Positions 9,640-17,350 of a stretch of DNA of 64,000 nt are shown in pieces. The notes under the pieces were generated by a model. It made no database searches. It was not told the origin of the DNA and was given only the letters and a program-made list of their open reading frames with translations. Made by a program: the position numbers and the translations under genes. This DNA is from Brevundimonas sp. (GTDB taxonomy: Bacteria > Pseudomonadota > Alphaproteobacteria > Caulobacterales > Caulobacteraceae), in assembly GCF_036676055.1 (NCBI RefSeq), contig NZ_JAKFDS010000004.1, positions 6,094-70,093 of the forward strand, read 5' to 3'. Every line of letters starts with the position of its first letter. Within the stretch, counting starts at the first letter, position 1.

Positions 9640-9799
9640 CCGGATCGATTAGCCCGCGGCGCGGCTTGAGGCGATGACGCGAGGCCACACTTTGCATTTC
9701 CGAATGTGGCTCAACCAACAAATCGACTGGCGCGTCCGGGCGGGGCGCGGAGGCCTGACCATCCACGCCCTTCCATCGGGACGCCCTGCCTCCTTGTCG

Positions 9800-10276
9800 T
9801 CAGAACGGGATGTCGTCGTTCAGGTCGTAGCTTTCCTTCGGGCCGCTCGGCTTGTTGGCGCCGCCGGTCGAGAAGCCGGACGAATAGTCGTCGTCGCCGC
9901 CCCGCGAGGCGCCGCCGCCGTCGCCACGACCGCCCAGCATGGTCAGTTCGCCCCGGAACTTCTGCAGCACGATCTCGGTGGTGTATTTCTCGACGCCGTT
10001 CTGCTCGTATTTACGGGTCTGCAGTGAGCCCTCGACGTACACGGTCGAGCCCTTCTTCAGATAGTTCTCGGCCACCTTGACGATGTTCTCGTTGAAGATG
10101 ACCACGCGGTGCCACTCGGTCTTCTCCTTGCGCTCGCCAGTGGCCTTGTCGCGCCACTGCTCGGACGTCGCGAGCGACAGGTTCGCGACGCGTTCGCCCG
10201 AGTTGAGCGTGCGGATCTCCGGGTCCTTCCCCAGGTTGCCGACCAGAATGACCTTGTTGACGCTGCCCGCCATCAT
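9800..10276 (-). CDS. ssb: Single-stranded DNA-binding protein
   Basis: It has an OB-fold N-terminus ([17 protein letters not shown]), a Gly-rich linker and the acidic tail DDIPF. Confidence 0.95.
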   Translation of the reverse strand: MMAGSVNKVILVGNLGKDPEIRTLNSGERVANLSLATSEQWRDKATGERKEKTEWHRVVIFNENIVKVAENYLKKGSTVYVEGSLQTRKYEQNGVEKYTTEIVLQKFRGELTMLGGRGDGGGASRGGDDDYSSGFSTGGANKPSGPKESYDLNDDIPF

Positions 10277-10358
10277 CGAATTCCTTTTCTGGGCCTGACG
10301 TGCATCGCCCTAGGCCGGTTGATTTTCCTGTCCGCAACCTAGCCGATTGCGGACGAAT

Positions 10359-10373
10359 GTTCCAGTTTTGTTC
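10359..10373. promoter_or_regulatory. Putative LexA (SOS) operator GTTC-N7-GTTC upstream of ssb
   Basis: GTTCCAGTTTTGTTC is an exact match to the alphaproteobacterial SOS box. It lies 83-97 nt upstream of the ssb start codon. Confidence 0.55.
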
Positions 10374-10374
10374 G

Positions 10375-10827
10375 CTATTGGCCCGTGGCCGGCGCGGGCG
10401 CCGGTTCGACCGGGGCCGCCACGCCGATCGGCCGACCGGACTCATCCCTGACGATCGCCCCGGGCACCGCCAGCCGTCCGTCGCCGGTCCGGGCCATCAG
10501 GATGAAGCGCGACCCGTCCAGGGACTTGCCGATCCACACCCCTTCCTGGTCGAGGAAGATGAATTGGCCCTGGTAGGCGCCCGTGATCTCTTGCCGGCTG
10601 CCGCCTTGGCGCAGGAAGTGCAACCGCATCTCCTCCAGCCGCGCCGCGCAGTGTTCGATCTGCGGTTGGTCCTCGGCCAGCTTGTTGAACGCCGGGGCCT
10701 CACCTTCGGCGCCGCGCTCCACGGCGAAGCAGACGCCGGGTTCGAACGGAGCCTCTACCGCCCCGCTGCAGGCCGCGAGGGCCAGCACGCCAGCGCCGAT
10801 TGATAGAACAAGGGGTGCGCGGGTCAT
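10375..10827 (-). CDS. Lipoprotein of unknown function
   Basis: Starting at the ATG at 10827 gives MTRAPLVLSIGAGVLALAAC (lipobox). This start overlaps the stop of the upstream gene (ATGA). Confidence 0.6.
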   Translation of the reverse strand: MTRAPLVLSIGAGVLALAACSGAVEAPFEPGVCFAVERGAEGEAPAFNKLAEDQPQIEHCAARLEEMRLHFLRQGGSRQEITGAYQGQFIFLDQEGVWIGKSLDGSRFILMARTGDGRLAVPGAIVRDESGRPIGVAAPVEPAPAPATGQ

Positions 10828-11537
10828 CAACGGAGGTCCGGAAATTGGCAGCTGCGGTCCTGTTCGACCAAGGTGCGGAAACGGCTGTTGTCGGACGATT
10901 GCTCGACGCGGCGGGGCACCAGCCGCAGGGTCGTGTTGCCCCAACGACCGTACTGGGCGTCCCCGGGGCGAACGCAGGTGCCCGAATACAGGGCCTGGAC
11001 GCAGGCGTTCAGGCTCATGTTCGAGGAAAGAGCGCGCCAGTCGGAACCGGTATGACGCAGGCATTGGGCGCCTGCTGCGGACTCGACCGCCGGCTGCTCC
11101 GCCTGGCTGGGCTCCGGGAGTCCCGGATCCGTCTGGGGCTCGGCCACGGCCATCTCGACAGGTGGTTCAATCACCGGTGCGGCCGGAAGGGCGACCAGCG
11201 CCCCCGTCTCATCGACGCCCACGTCCAGCGCATCCGTGGCCAGGCCATTGCGTCGCGCACAGTCCGCGAGGGTGGCCATGCCGGCGAACTGGCCGTCGAC
11301 ATAGCAGCGCAACTCGCGGGTCGTGTTCAACTCCGGGGCGTCGGAGACGTCGACCGTCAGCCCGCCCTGGGCCGCCGGCGGCGGTGCAGGGTCGCGCTCG
11401 CGCCCGGCGGAAAACAGCAACGCGATCACCACGGCGGCGACAACCGCCACGCCGGCGCCTATGGCGATAAGGATGCGATTGTCCTGGGGCATGAAGGGCT
11501 CGCGCGGCTGGGGAGTCCAATAACCCCGCCGGGCCAT
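10827..11537 (-). CDS. Single-pass membrane protein of unknown function with a Cys-containing C-terminal domain
   Basis: It has a TM segment (ILIAIGAGVAVVAAVVIALLF), a Pro/Ala linker and a C-terminal domain with 4 Cys. The start may be the internal ATG at 11492. Confidence 0.55.
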   Translation of the reverse strand: MARRGYWTPQPREPFMPQDNRILIAIGAGVAVVAAVVIALLFSAGRERDPAPPPAAQGGLTVDVSDAPELNTTRELRCYVDGQFAGMATLADCARRNGLATDALDVGVDETGALVALPAAPVIEPPVEMAVAEPQTDPGLPEPSQAEQPAVESAAGAQCLRHTGSDWRALSSNMSLNACVQALYSGTCVRPGDAQYGRWGNTTLRLVPRRVEQSSDNSRFRTLVEQDRSCQFPDLR

Positions 11538-11569
11538 GCCGCGTCAACGGCCTTCGTCCGTGATCAGGG

Positions 11570-14326
11570 CTAGCCGCCCAACCGCGCGAGGGCGGCCTGG
11601 TAGTTGGCCAGCTGGTTGGTCAGATAGGCCGGGACCGGGCCGTTCGCCGCCGTTGACGCTGCGGTGGCGGGGTCCAGCGAGCGGTAGGCGTCGCGAACCG
11701 CCTTCATCGCCGCCTGGAGCCGCTCACCAGCCGTCTTGACTGCGGCGGGATCGCCGAGGTGGAGGTTCCCGGGCAGGTCGAGCCCGAAGGTCTTGCGGAC
11801 GTCATCACCGCTTGTGGCGCCGATATAGCCCGACGACAGCCCCAGCCCCGCGAGCGCATCCCGCCCGGTCTCGCCCGCGGTGAGAACAGCCCCCGACTTT
11901 CCGTCGCGGGCCGAAATGGACAGGCGCTGAAAGCCGCCGGTGGTGGTGGTGATCTCGCCGTCCTTGCCCGTTATGGAGCCGCCTTCCGAGGCCACCGTGA
12001 CCTTGAGTTTGCTGTTGGAGGCGATCTCGATCTTGCGGGCCAGGGAGGCCAAGGTGTCCTTGGCGGCGATCGTAACCGCCACCGGGCGCCCGCCATCGGC
12101 GGGGCTGACGTAGAACCGGTCGCCGACCCGGAGCGAGGTGGCGTCCACGAGGCGTTTCGAATCGCTCTGGTCGATCTCGCCCTGGGGGAAGCCGAGCCGG
12201 TCCAGAACGCTGGCGCCGCCGGTCGCCACGGCGAGGGTCAGAGGACGCGCCTGATCGCCTTCGCCGGACCAGCTCCGCTCGTATTCGACTGCTCCGCTCG
12301 CCGGATCGAGACGGACCAGATAGCCGGTCGCGGGATCGGTCTCGTCCGCGGCGGGATCGCGGTCGGCGACCCCGGTGATCCAGACCTTGCCGTTGTGGAT
12401 CTTGACGTCGGCGGCGCTGTCATCGCCCGCTCCTCCGTACCAGGTCATCCGGTCACCGCCCGCCGGGGTCAGATCGGCCGACAGGGTGGCGACGAAGACG
12501 TCCTTGCCACCGGAGTGGGTGGTGGTGGTGGTGGTTCCGGCGGACAAACCGCTATCGCGGCTCGTGCCGGTCAGGATCACCTGCCCCCCCGAAACCGATA
12601 CCCCGGCGATATCGCCGCTGATCGTCCCGAGGTCCCGGGTCGAGGCGAGAGTCGGAACACCCGCGGCGTCGAGGGTGAAGCGGCGCACGACGGCGCGGCC
12701 ATTCTCGACCCCGGCCGTGTAGAGGTTGGAACCGTCGATCGTCATGGCGTCGACGGCGTCGTCCCCGCTGGTTCCGAACTGGCTGGCGGCCGTCGCTTTC
12801 GAGACGATGCCCGCCGTGGGATAGGGTTCGCCGGCCTTGAAGGCCTGGACGTAGCCGTCCCAGCCGCCCACCGCGGCGGCGCCGGTTACGGCCGATTTGG
12901 CGCGACCGCCGATATAGACGGTCCCGTCAGCGCCGAAGCTGACCGACGTCGCCTCGTCGGCGGCGCGGGCGCCCCGCCGCTGGGTCCAGATCTCCTGCCC
13001 GTCCTTGTCGAACACAGTGACGAAGCTGTCAGCGACGCCGGCCACATCGCCCGTCTTCCCCGCATCCGTGGCCTTGGTGCTGAGCGCGCCCGTGACGGAT
13101 CCAGCCACCGCCACCTGGCCATTGGCGTCGATGGCGATGGCGTAGCCGCTGGCGGTCGAGGCGGCGCCGAGGGTGCGTGTGGCGACCAGCCGGCCGGCCG
13201 GATCGTATTTCATCAGAGCGACGTCCTGGACGCCCTTGATCGGCTGGGTGTCCGGGCCCGCCGTCACATCGGCGACGATCCACAGCGAGCCGTCGGGACC
13301 GACGGCGCTGGCGCGGACGGTCTCGACGCCGTCAGGCAAGTCGTCCTGCGACAGCCGGCCCGGGACCCAGTGGGTCTCGCCGACGCCAGGGGCGGTTGGC
13401 GCCGCCGCCGCGCCGCCATCGCTCTGGAATTTCAGCAGCTGCGCGTCGCCGGCGACCCCCGAAGACTGCACGACATAGACTGCGTCGGAGGTTTCCGCCG
13501 CCGTGAAGCCGACCGTCTCGGTCGATGAGCCGCGGATCACGAGGGCCCATCGGTCGGCGCCCGCCGGCAGGGTCACGGGCTTGCCGTTAACCTGCATGGT
13601 TCGGGGCTCGGCCTTGATCTGCTCGCGGCCAAAGCGGGTTGCGAAGCCGGCCGCCTCAAGCTTGCCGTTGATGTGGTTGACGACGTTGTCGAGGGTCCGG
13701 GGCGTAGCCCCCATGTCAGCCAGATCGATCGGCACCGCTGTCGTCTGGTAGCTGGAGACTCCCACGGGCACCTTGATGGTGATGCTGAAACGGGTGTCGC
13801 CCTGAAATGCGGCGACCGGAGTATCGGCGGACCCCTCGTGGATCGGCCCGATGATCGAACGGGCGCTGTCTCTTGGCACAGCGGCGGTGGTCTTGCTGGT
13901 GGTCTTCGACGTTCCCTGCACCATTCGCACCGCGTCGAATTCCGACGAGGACATCCAGGAGCCGATTTCCGCCAGGCCGGAACTGAAGCGCCTGCCCAGC
14001 TGGGCAAGCTCCAGGCTGCTGACGCCCTTGGTCGCCGACCGATTGGCGAGAGCGCTCAGAGTATTCAGCCCCTGATACAGAGCGAACAGCTTTCGGTAGT
14101 CGGCCGACGCGGATTTCACATCCAGCTGGGCCCCGTCCTCATTGATGAGTCTCCGCCCGGCGAGAGCCGAGCGGACCAGAGCGTCCTGCTTCGGCGCTTC
14201 AGCGTCCGGCGACCACGGGGGCGTTGGCTGCCTGCGGCTCGCCCGATTCAGGGAGGCGGCCGTCGTGTCCAGCGCGAGCGGGGCCGTGCCGCCGAAAAGT
14301 CCCAGAAGATGGCTGTTGTTGATCAC
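11570..14326 (-). CDS. Large FlaEY-like flagellar-locus protein with beta-propeller-type repeats
   Basis: The 918-aa ORF has high GC3. It contains repeated G-x-DG-x-V/I-x-V/I-x-G units (for example DANGQVAVAGS, ADGTVYIGGR, DGSNLYTAGV, SGGQVILTGT, HNGKVWITGV). It sits next to flagellin and flaG, as flaEY does in Caulobacter (from memory). Confidence 0.5.
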   Translation of the reverse strand: MINNSHLLGLFGGTAPLALDTTAASLNRASRRQPTPPWSPDAEAPKQDALVRSALAGRRLINEDGAQLDVKSASADYRKLFALYQGLNTLSALANRSATKGVSSLELAQLGRRFSSGLAEIGSWMSSSEFDAVRMVQGTSKTTSKTTAAVPRDSARSIIGPIHEGSADTPVAAFQGDTRFSITIKVPVGVSSYQTTAVPIDLADMGATPRTLDNVVNHINGKLEAAGFATRFGREQIKAEPRTMQVNGKPVTLPAGADRWALVIRGSSTETVGFTAAETSDAVYVVQSSGVAGDAQLLKFQSDGGAAAAPTAPGVGETHWVPGRLSQDDLPDGVETVRASAVGPDGSLWIVADVTAGPDTQPIKGVQDVALMKYDPAGRLVATRTLGAASTASGYAIAIDANGQVAVAGSVTGALSTKATDAGKTGDVAGVADSFVTVFDKDGQEIWTQRRGARAADEATSVSFGADGTVYIGGRAKSAVTGAAAVGGWDGYVQAFKAGEPYPTAGIVSKATAASQFGTSGDDAVDAMTIDGSNLYTAGVENGRAVVRRFTLDAAGVPTLASTRDLGTISGDIAGVSVSGGQVILTGTSRDSGLSAGTTTTTTHSGGKDVFVATLSADLTPAGGDRMTWYGGAGDDSAADVKIHNGKVWITGVADRDPAADETDPATGYLVRLDPASGAVEYERSWSGEGDQARPLTLAVATGGASVLDRLGFPQGEIDQSDSKRLVDATSLRVGDRFYVSPADGGRPVAVTIAAKDTLASLARKIEIASNSKLKVTVASEGGSITGKDGEITTTTGGFQRLSISARDGKSGAVLTAGETGRDALAGLGLSSGYIGATSGDDVRKTFGLDLPGNLHLGDPAAVKTAGERLQAAMKAVRDAYRSLDPATAASTAANGPVPAYLTNQLANYQAALARLGG

Positions 14327-14585
14327 GGCGCGCTCCCGGCCGCCAGTCTGACGCGGTGGGCGTAATGAGGTCTTAAGATCCGCCCGCGAAGCGACTCCGA
14401 ACGCGACTCAGGGAACAATGGCACGCGACGACCGTTAGCCGGTCGCCGTTGAAGCAGGAGACGTGCGTCATGTCTGCCTTCCTGGAAACCCTGAGATCGT
14501 TGCTCGCGCTGTATGGCTTCGGACCCCGCGCCCAGCGGCGGCGACCCGCGCCGGTCTATATCGGCCGCCCGGGGGCCGGGCGGGC

Positions 14586-15422
14586 CTAGCCGCCCCTGAA
14601 CAGCGACAGAATGATCTGCGGCGCCTGGTTCGCGATCGACAGCGATTGCGCTCCGAGTTGCTGCTGCACCTGCAAGGACTGAAGCCGTGCGCTTTCCTTG
14701 GCGAGGTCAGCGTCCACAAGATTGCCGATTCCCGACTCCAGAGTGTCGACCAGCCTGGTCACAAAACCGGTGTGGGCCGCGATCTGCTTGGCTTGGGCGC
14801 CGAGCCCGCCGAGTGCGGCGTTCAACTGGGTGATCGAATCGTCCAGCCGGGTCAGGGCCTGGGTGGCGCCGGTCAGGCTCAGCAGACTGTCCGATGTCGA
14901 AAGCTCGATGATGGTCCCGCCGAGGCTCAGGTCGATGGCGGTCAGGGTGACGAAGGATGTGGCGTCGGCGTTGGCGAGGAAGGTGATGCCGCTCGTCAGG
15001 GAACCGTTGAGGATATTGCCGCCGTCGAAGGCCGCATTGTCCACGGCCGAGGCTATCGCCTTCAGCAACGCCTGGAAGTCGGCGTTCAGCAGCTCACGCG
15101 ACTGCGTCTTCAGCGACGAATCCTTCGCCGCGACGACCTTTTCCTTGAGCTGGTTGAGGAGATCGGAGACCGATTCGCCGGCCGAAAGGGCCACATCGGC
15201 GATGGACGTCGCCCGGTCGAGGCTCTGTTTGACTGCGCTGAGCGCCCCCACATCCGCCCGCTGCTGCTGGGCGATGGCCCAGACGGCCGCATTATCCTTG
15301 GCGCCCTGGACCTTCAGTCCGGTCGAGATGCGGCTCTGCACATCGCCCAGGCGCTCGTTGGTGCGCGTCAGGTTCTGCAGCGCGATCGCGGCGGAAGTGT
15401 TGGTGTGGACGCTGTTCGTCAT
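14586..15422 (-). CDS. Flagellin (Caulobacter-type, about 28 kDa)
   Basis: It has conserved flagellin N- and C-terminal helices (MTNSVHTNTSAAIALQNL...; ...QQQLGAQSLSIANQAPQIILSLFRGG). The internal ATG at 15422 is chosen. Confidence 0.9.
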   Translation of the reverse strand: MTNSVHTNTSAAIALQNLTRTNERLGDVQSRISTGLKVQGAKDNAAVWAIAQQQRADVGALSAVKQSLDRATSIADVALSAGESVSDLLNQLKEKVVAAKDSSLKTQSRELLNADFQALLKAIASAVDNAAFDGGNILNGSLTSGITFLANADATSFVTLTAIDLSLGGTIIELSTSDSLLSLTGATQALTRLDDSITQLNAALGGLGAQAKQIAAHTGFVTRLVDTLESGIGNLVDADLAKESARLQSLQVQQQLGAQSLSIANQAPQIILSLFRGG

Positions 15423-15551
15423 CCGACTCGGCCTTTCAGGTTTGGCCAAGGCTAGGAGAGGAACCGTGCACACATGGTTAACGGCCGCTAACCACGCGCT
15501 TTAACCGCGCGGATCGCTCCTGCGCGGCGGGTCTTGCGGATACGCTGGGCG

Positions 15552-15839
15552 TCAGGCCTTGGTGTCGATCACCGAGCCGGCGCTATACCGGGCCGCCTGC
15601 ATCAGGTTGACGACCTGCTCTCGAGGCAGCTGTTTGATGACTTCGCCGGTAACCCGGTCGAGCGTCTTGTAGATGAAGGACCCGGACTGCGGCCCTTCCT
15701 CGATCACCAGCCTGTAGCGCGCGGCGCGTTCGGCCTCCTGCGCGAACCTGGAATCGTGGAAGTCGCCGCTCGCGGTTGACGCGGCGGCGGGCTGAACGGC
15801 GACGGCGCCGATCGGGTCTATGCTGGCCTTGCTCTGCAT
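15552..15839 (-). CDS. flaG: FlaG family flagellar protein
   Basis: This 95-aa protein carries the FlaG-like core RLVIEEGPQSGSFIYKTLDRVTGEVIKQLPREQV and lies between two flagellin genes. Confidence 0.8.
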   Translation of the reverse strand: MQSKASIDPIGAVAVQPAAASTASGDFHDSRFAQEAERAARYRLVIEEGPQSGSFIYKTLDRVTGEVIKQLPREQVVNLMQAARYSAGSVIDTKA

Positions 15840-15893
15840 CTCTCCCTACGCCGACGTTCAGTCGACGTCTCCGTTGGGCGGCCCGGATCGGTC

Positions 15894-15915
15894 GGGCGGG
15901 GCCGAAGCCCCGCCC
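15894..15915 (-). terminator. GC-rich hairpin just downstream of the upstream flagellin gene
   Basis: A 9-bp stem, GGGCGGGGC / GCCCCGCCC, has a CGAA loop. It lies 14 nt after the flagellin stop codon. There is no clear U-tract. Confidence 0.4.
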
Positions 15916-15928
15916 TCCCGGTCGATCC

Positions 15929-16753
15929 TTAGCGGAACAGTCCGAGCAGCATCGAGGTCGAGGAGTTGGCGATCGACAGAGCCTGCACGCCAAGCTGTTG
16001 CTTGGTCTGCAGCGCTTGCAGTCGGGCGCTTTCCTTGGCCAGATCGGCGTCCACCAGGTTGCCGATGCCGGATTCCAGGGCGTCCTGGAGTTTGCCGACG
16101 AAGGTCAGTTGGGTGCCGAAGGCCTTGGAGCCGGTGCCGAGCTTGGCGAGCTTGGACGAGACGTCCGCGATCGCGCTGTCTACGGCGGTGAGCGCCGTTC
16201 CAGCGAGCGTCGCGGTGGACAACGTGCTGGCGGTGATCGCCAGAGCGGCCAGAGTCATCGTCTGGGACGCCACGTCGATGGTGGAGGAACCCGCCGCATT
16301 GGCCAAGGCCTTGAAGCCGTTGGTCGCGGTGCCGTCCAGCAGGTTCACGCCGTTGAACTTGGCGTTCGCCACCACGGTTCCGATCTGGTCGCGGATCGAG
16401 TCGAAGTCCGAAGCCAGAGCCGCACGCGCGTCAGTGGACAGAGAGGTGTCCTTGGCGGCGAGGGCCTTCTCTTTCAGCTGGATGAGCAGGTCGGAGACCG
16501 ACTCGCCGGCGGAAAGCGCGACGTCCACGGCCGACTGGCCCCGGTTCAGGCTGTCCTTGACGGCGTTCAGCGCACCCATCTCGGCGCGTTGCCCCTGGGC
16601 GATGGCCCAGATGGCGCCGTTGTCCTTGGCGGACGCGACGGCCTTGCCGGTGCTGATGCGGTTTTGAACCGTGGACAGGTCCTTGTTGGTGACCTGCAGG
16701 TTCTGGAGGGCGATCATTGCGCCCACGTTCGTGTTTACGCTGTTCAGCGCCAT
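15929..16753 (-). CDS. Flagellin (Caulobacter-type, about 27 kDa)
   Basis: The sequence runs MALNSVNTNVGAMIALQNLQ... to ...QQLGVQALSIANSSTSMLLGLFR. The ATG at 16753 is chosen. It is roughly 55% identical by eye to the 14586-15422 paralog. Confidence 0.9.
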   Translation of the reverse strand: MALNSVNTNVGAMIALQNLQVTNKDLSTVQNRISTGKAVASAKDNGAIWAIAQGQRAEMGALNAVKDSLNRGQSAVDVALSAGESVSDLLIQLKEKALAAKDTSLSTDARAALASDFDSIRDQIGTVVANAKFNGVNLLDGTATNGFKALANAAGSSTIDVASQTMTLAALAITASTLSTATLAGTALTAVDSAIADVSSKLAKLGTGSKAFGTQLTFVGKLQDALESGIGNLVDADLAKESARLQALQTKQQLGVQALSIANSSTSMLLGLFR

Positions 16754-16824
16754 GACACGTAGTCCTTCTTCAAGGTGTCCGACGCCATTTTGGCTGCCGG
16801 GAGCATTCTGCTCGGCGGTGTAGC

Positions 16825-16840
16825 AGCAAGGACGGGACCA
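16825..16840 (-). promoter_or_regulatory. Sigma-54 (-24/-12) promoter for the flagellin gene at 15929-16753
   Basis: The minus strand reads TGGTCC-CGTCC-TTGCT, an exact fit to TGG-N9-TTGC spacing. The -12 GC is about 73 nt upstream of the ATG. Confidence 0.65.
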
Positions 16841-16914
16841 TCGGCAGATCCGGCGTGCCATGGTCCCTTCCGTTGAATTCCCTGCGTTAGTTCCTGTTAA
16901 GCACGTCACCGGGG

Positions 16915-16972
16915 CGGCAGTATTTGCCGGGCGCCCGGCAGGATTTGCCGTCTCACCCGGCAGTTCTTGCTG
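16915..16972. promoter_or_regulatory. Three phased dyad sites CGGCA-N5-TGCCG (ftr/enhancer-like, FlbD-type activator candidate)
   Basis: The sites are CGGCAGTATTTGCCG (16915-16929), CGGCAGGATTTGCCG (16936-16950) and CGGCAGTTCTTGCTG (16958-16972). Their centres are 21 and 22 bp apart, and they lie about 75-130 bp upstream of the sigma-54 promoter. Confidence 0.5.
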
Positions 16973-17029
16973 CGGAGCCCCGTGGCGGATTCAAGACTAC
17001 CCTCCCGGATCGCGTCCCGGCCCCAGCGC

Positions 17030-17350
17030 TCAGGGCCGGAGGCGGGGGCGGGGCCCCTGCCCCTCGCGCCAGCGATCCTGCATGGCCCGCTCGGCGAGCA
17101 GCGTCCCGACCGCCAATTCGCGGGCGGTCTCGCACGCCACAAGGGCCGCGCCGCGGGCGACATAGGCGACCTCGAGATCGCCCAGGGTCGGCGCCTCAGG
17201 CAGGCGCTCGAGGACGCACGGTCGGATCGCCGCCTCCGGCAGCGCCAGTCGCGGCGGGATCACAGACGGAGGGGGCGAGGCGGCACAACTCGCCATCATG
17301 GCGAAGGAGGCGGTCGGCGCGAGCCGGATCCAGAGGTGTCGAGGCATCAT
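17030..17350 (-). CDS. o-spanin (Rz1-like outer-membrane lipoprotein), overlapped with the i-spanin gene
   Basis: Starting at ATGATG (17345-17350), preceded by GGAG, gives MMPRHLWIRLAPTASFAMMASC (lipobox-like). A Pro-rich mature part with further Cys follows. The gene starts inside the i-spanin gene in another frame and extends 166 nt beyond its stop. Confidence 0.6.
   Translation of the reverse strand: MMPRHLWIRLAPTASFAMMASCAASPPPSVIPPRLALPEAAIRPCVLERLPEAPTLGDLEVAYVARGAALVACETARELAVGTLLAERAMQDRWREGQGPRPRLRP

Noticed and set aside
15423-15551. A search for a sigma-54 promoter or enhancer upstream of the downstream flagellin gene
   Set aside because: No TGG-N9-TTGC or CGGCA-N5-TGCCG match was found. 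TTAA/TTAG-containing strings are present but have N6 or N9 spacing, so they are not CtrA-like. No call is made.
16849-16860. A TGGCAC motif (minus strand) that resembles a sigma-54 -24 element
   Set aside because: The nearest GC dinucleotide is 2 nt too far away (TGGCACGCCGGATCTGC), so the -24/-12 spacing fails. The correctly spaced promoter lies 20 nt downstream at 16825-16840.
16886-16900. A TTAA-N7-TAAC CtrA-box-like sequence between the enhancer dyads and the sigma-54 promoter
   Set aside because: One half-site is imperfect, and class IV flagellin genes are not expected to be direct CtrA targets. It could be an architectural (IHF-like) AT-rich patch. The evidence is insufficient to call.
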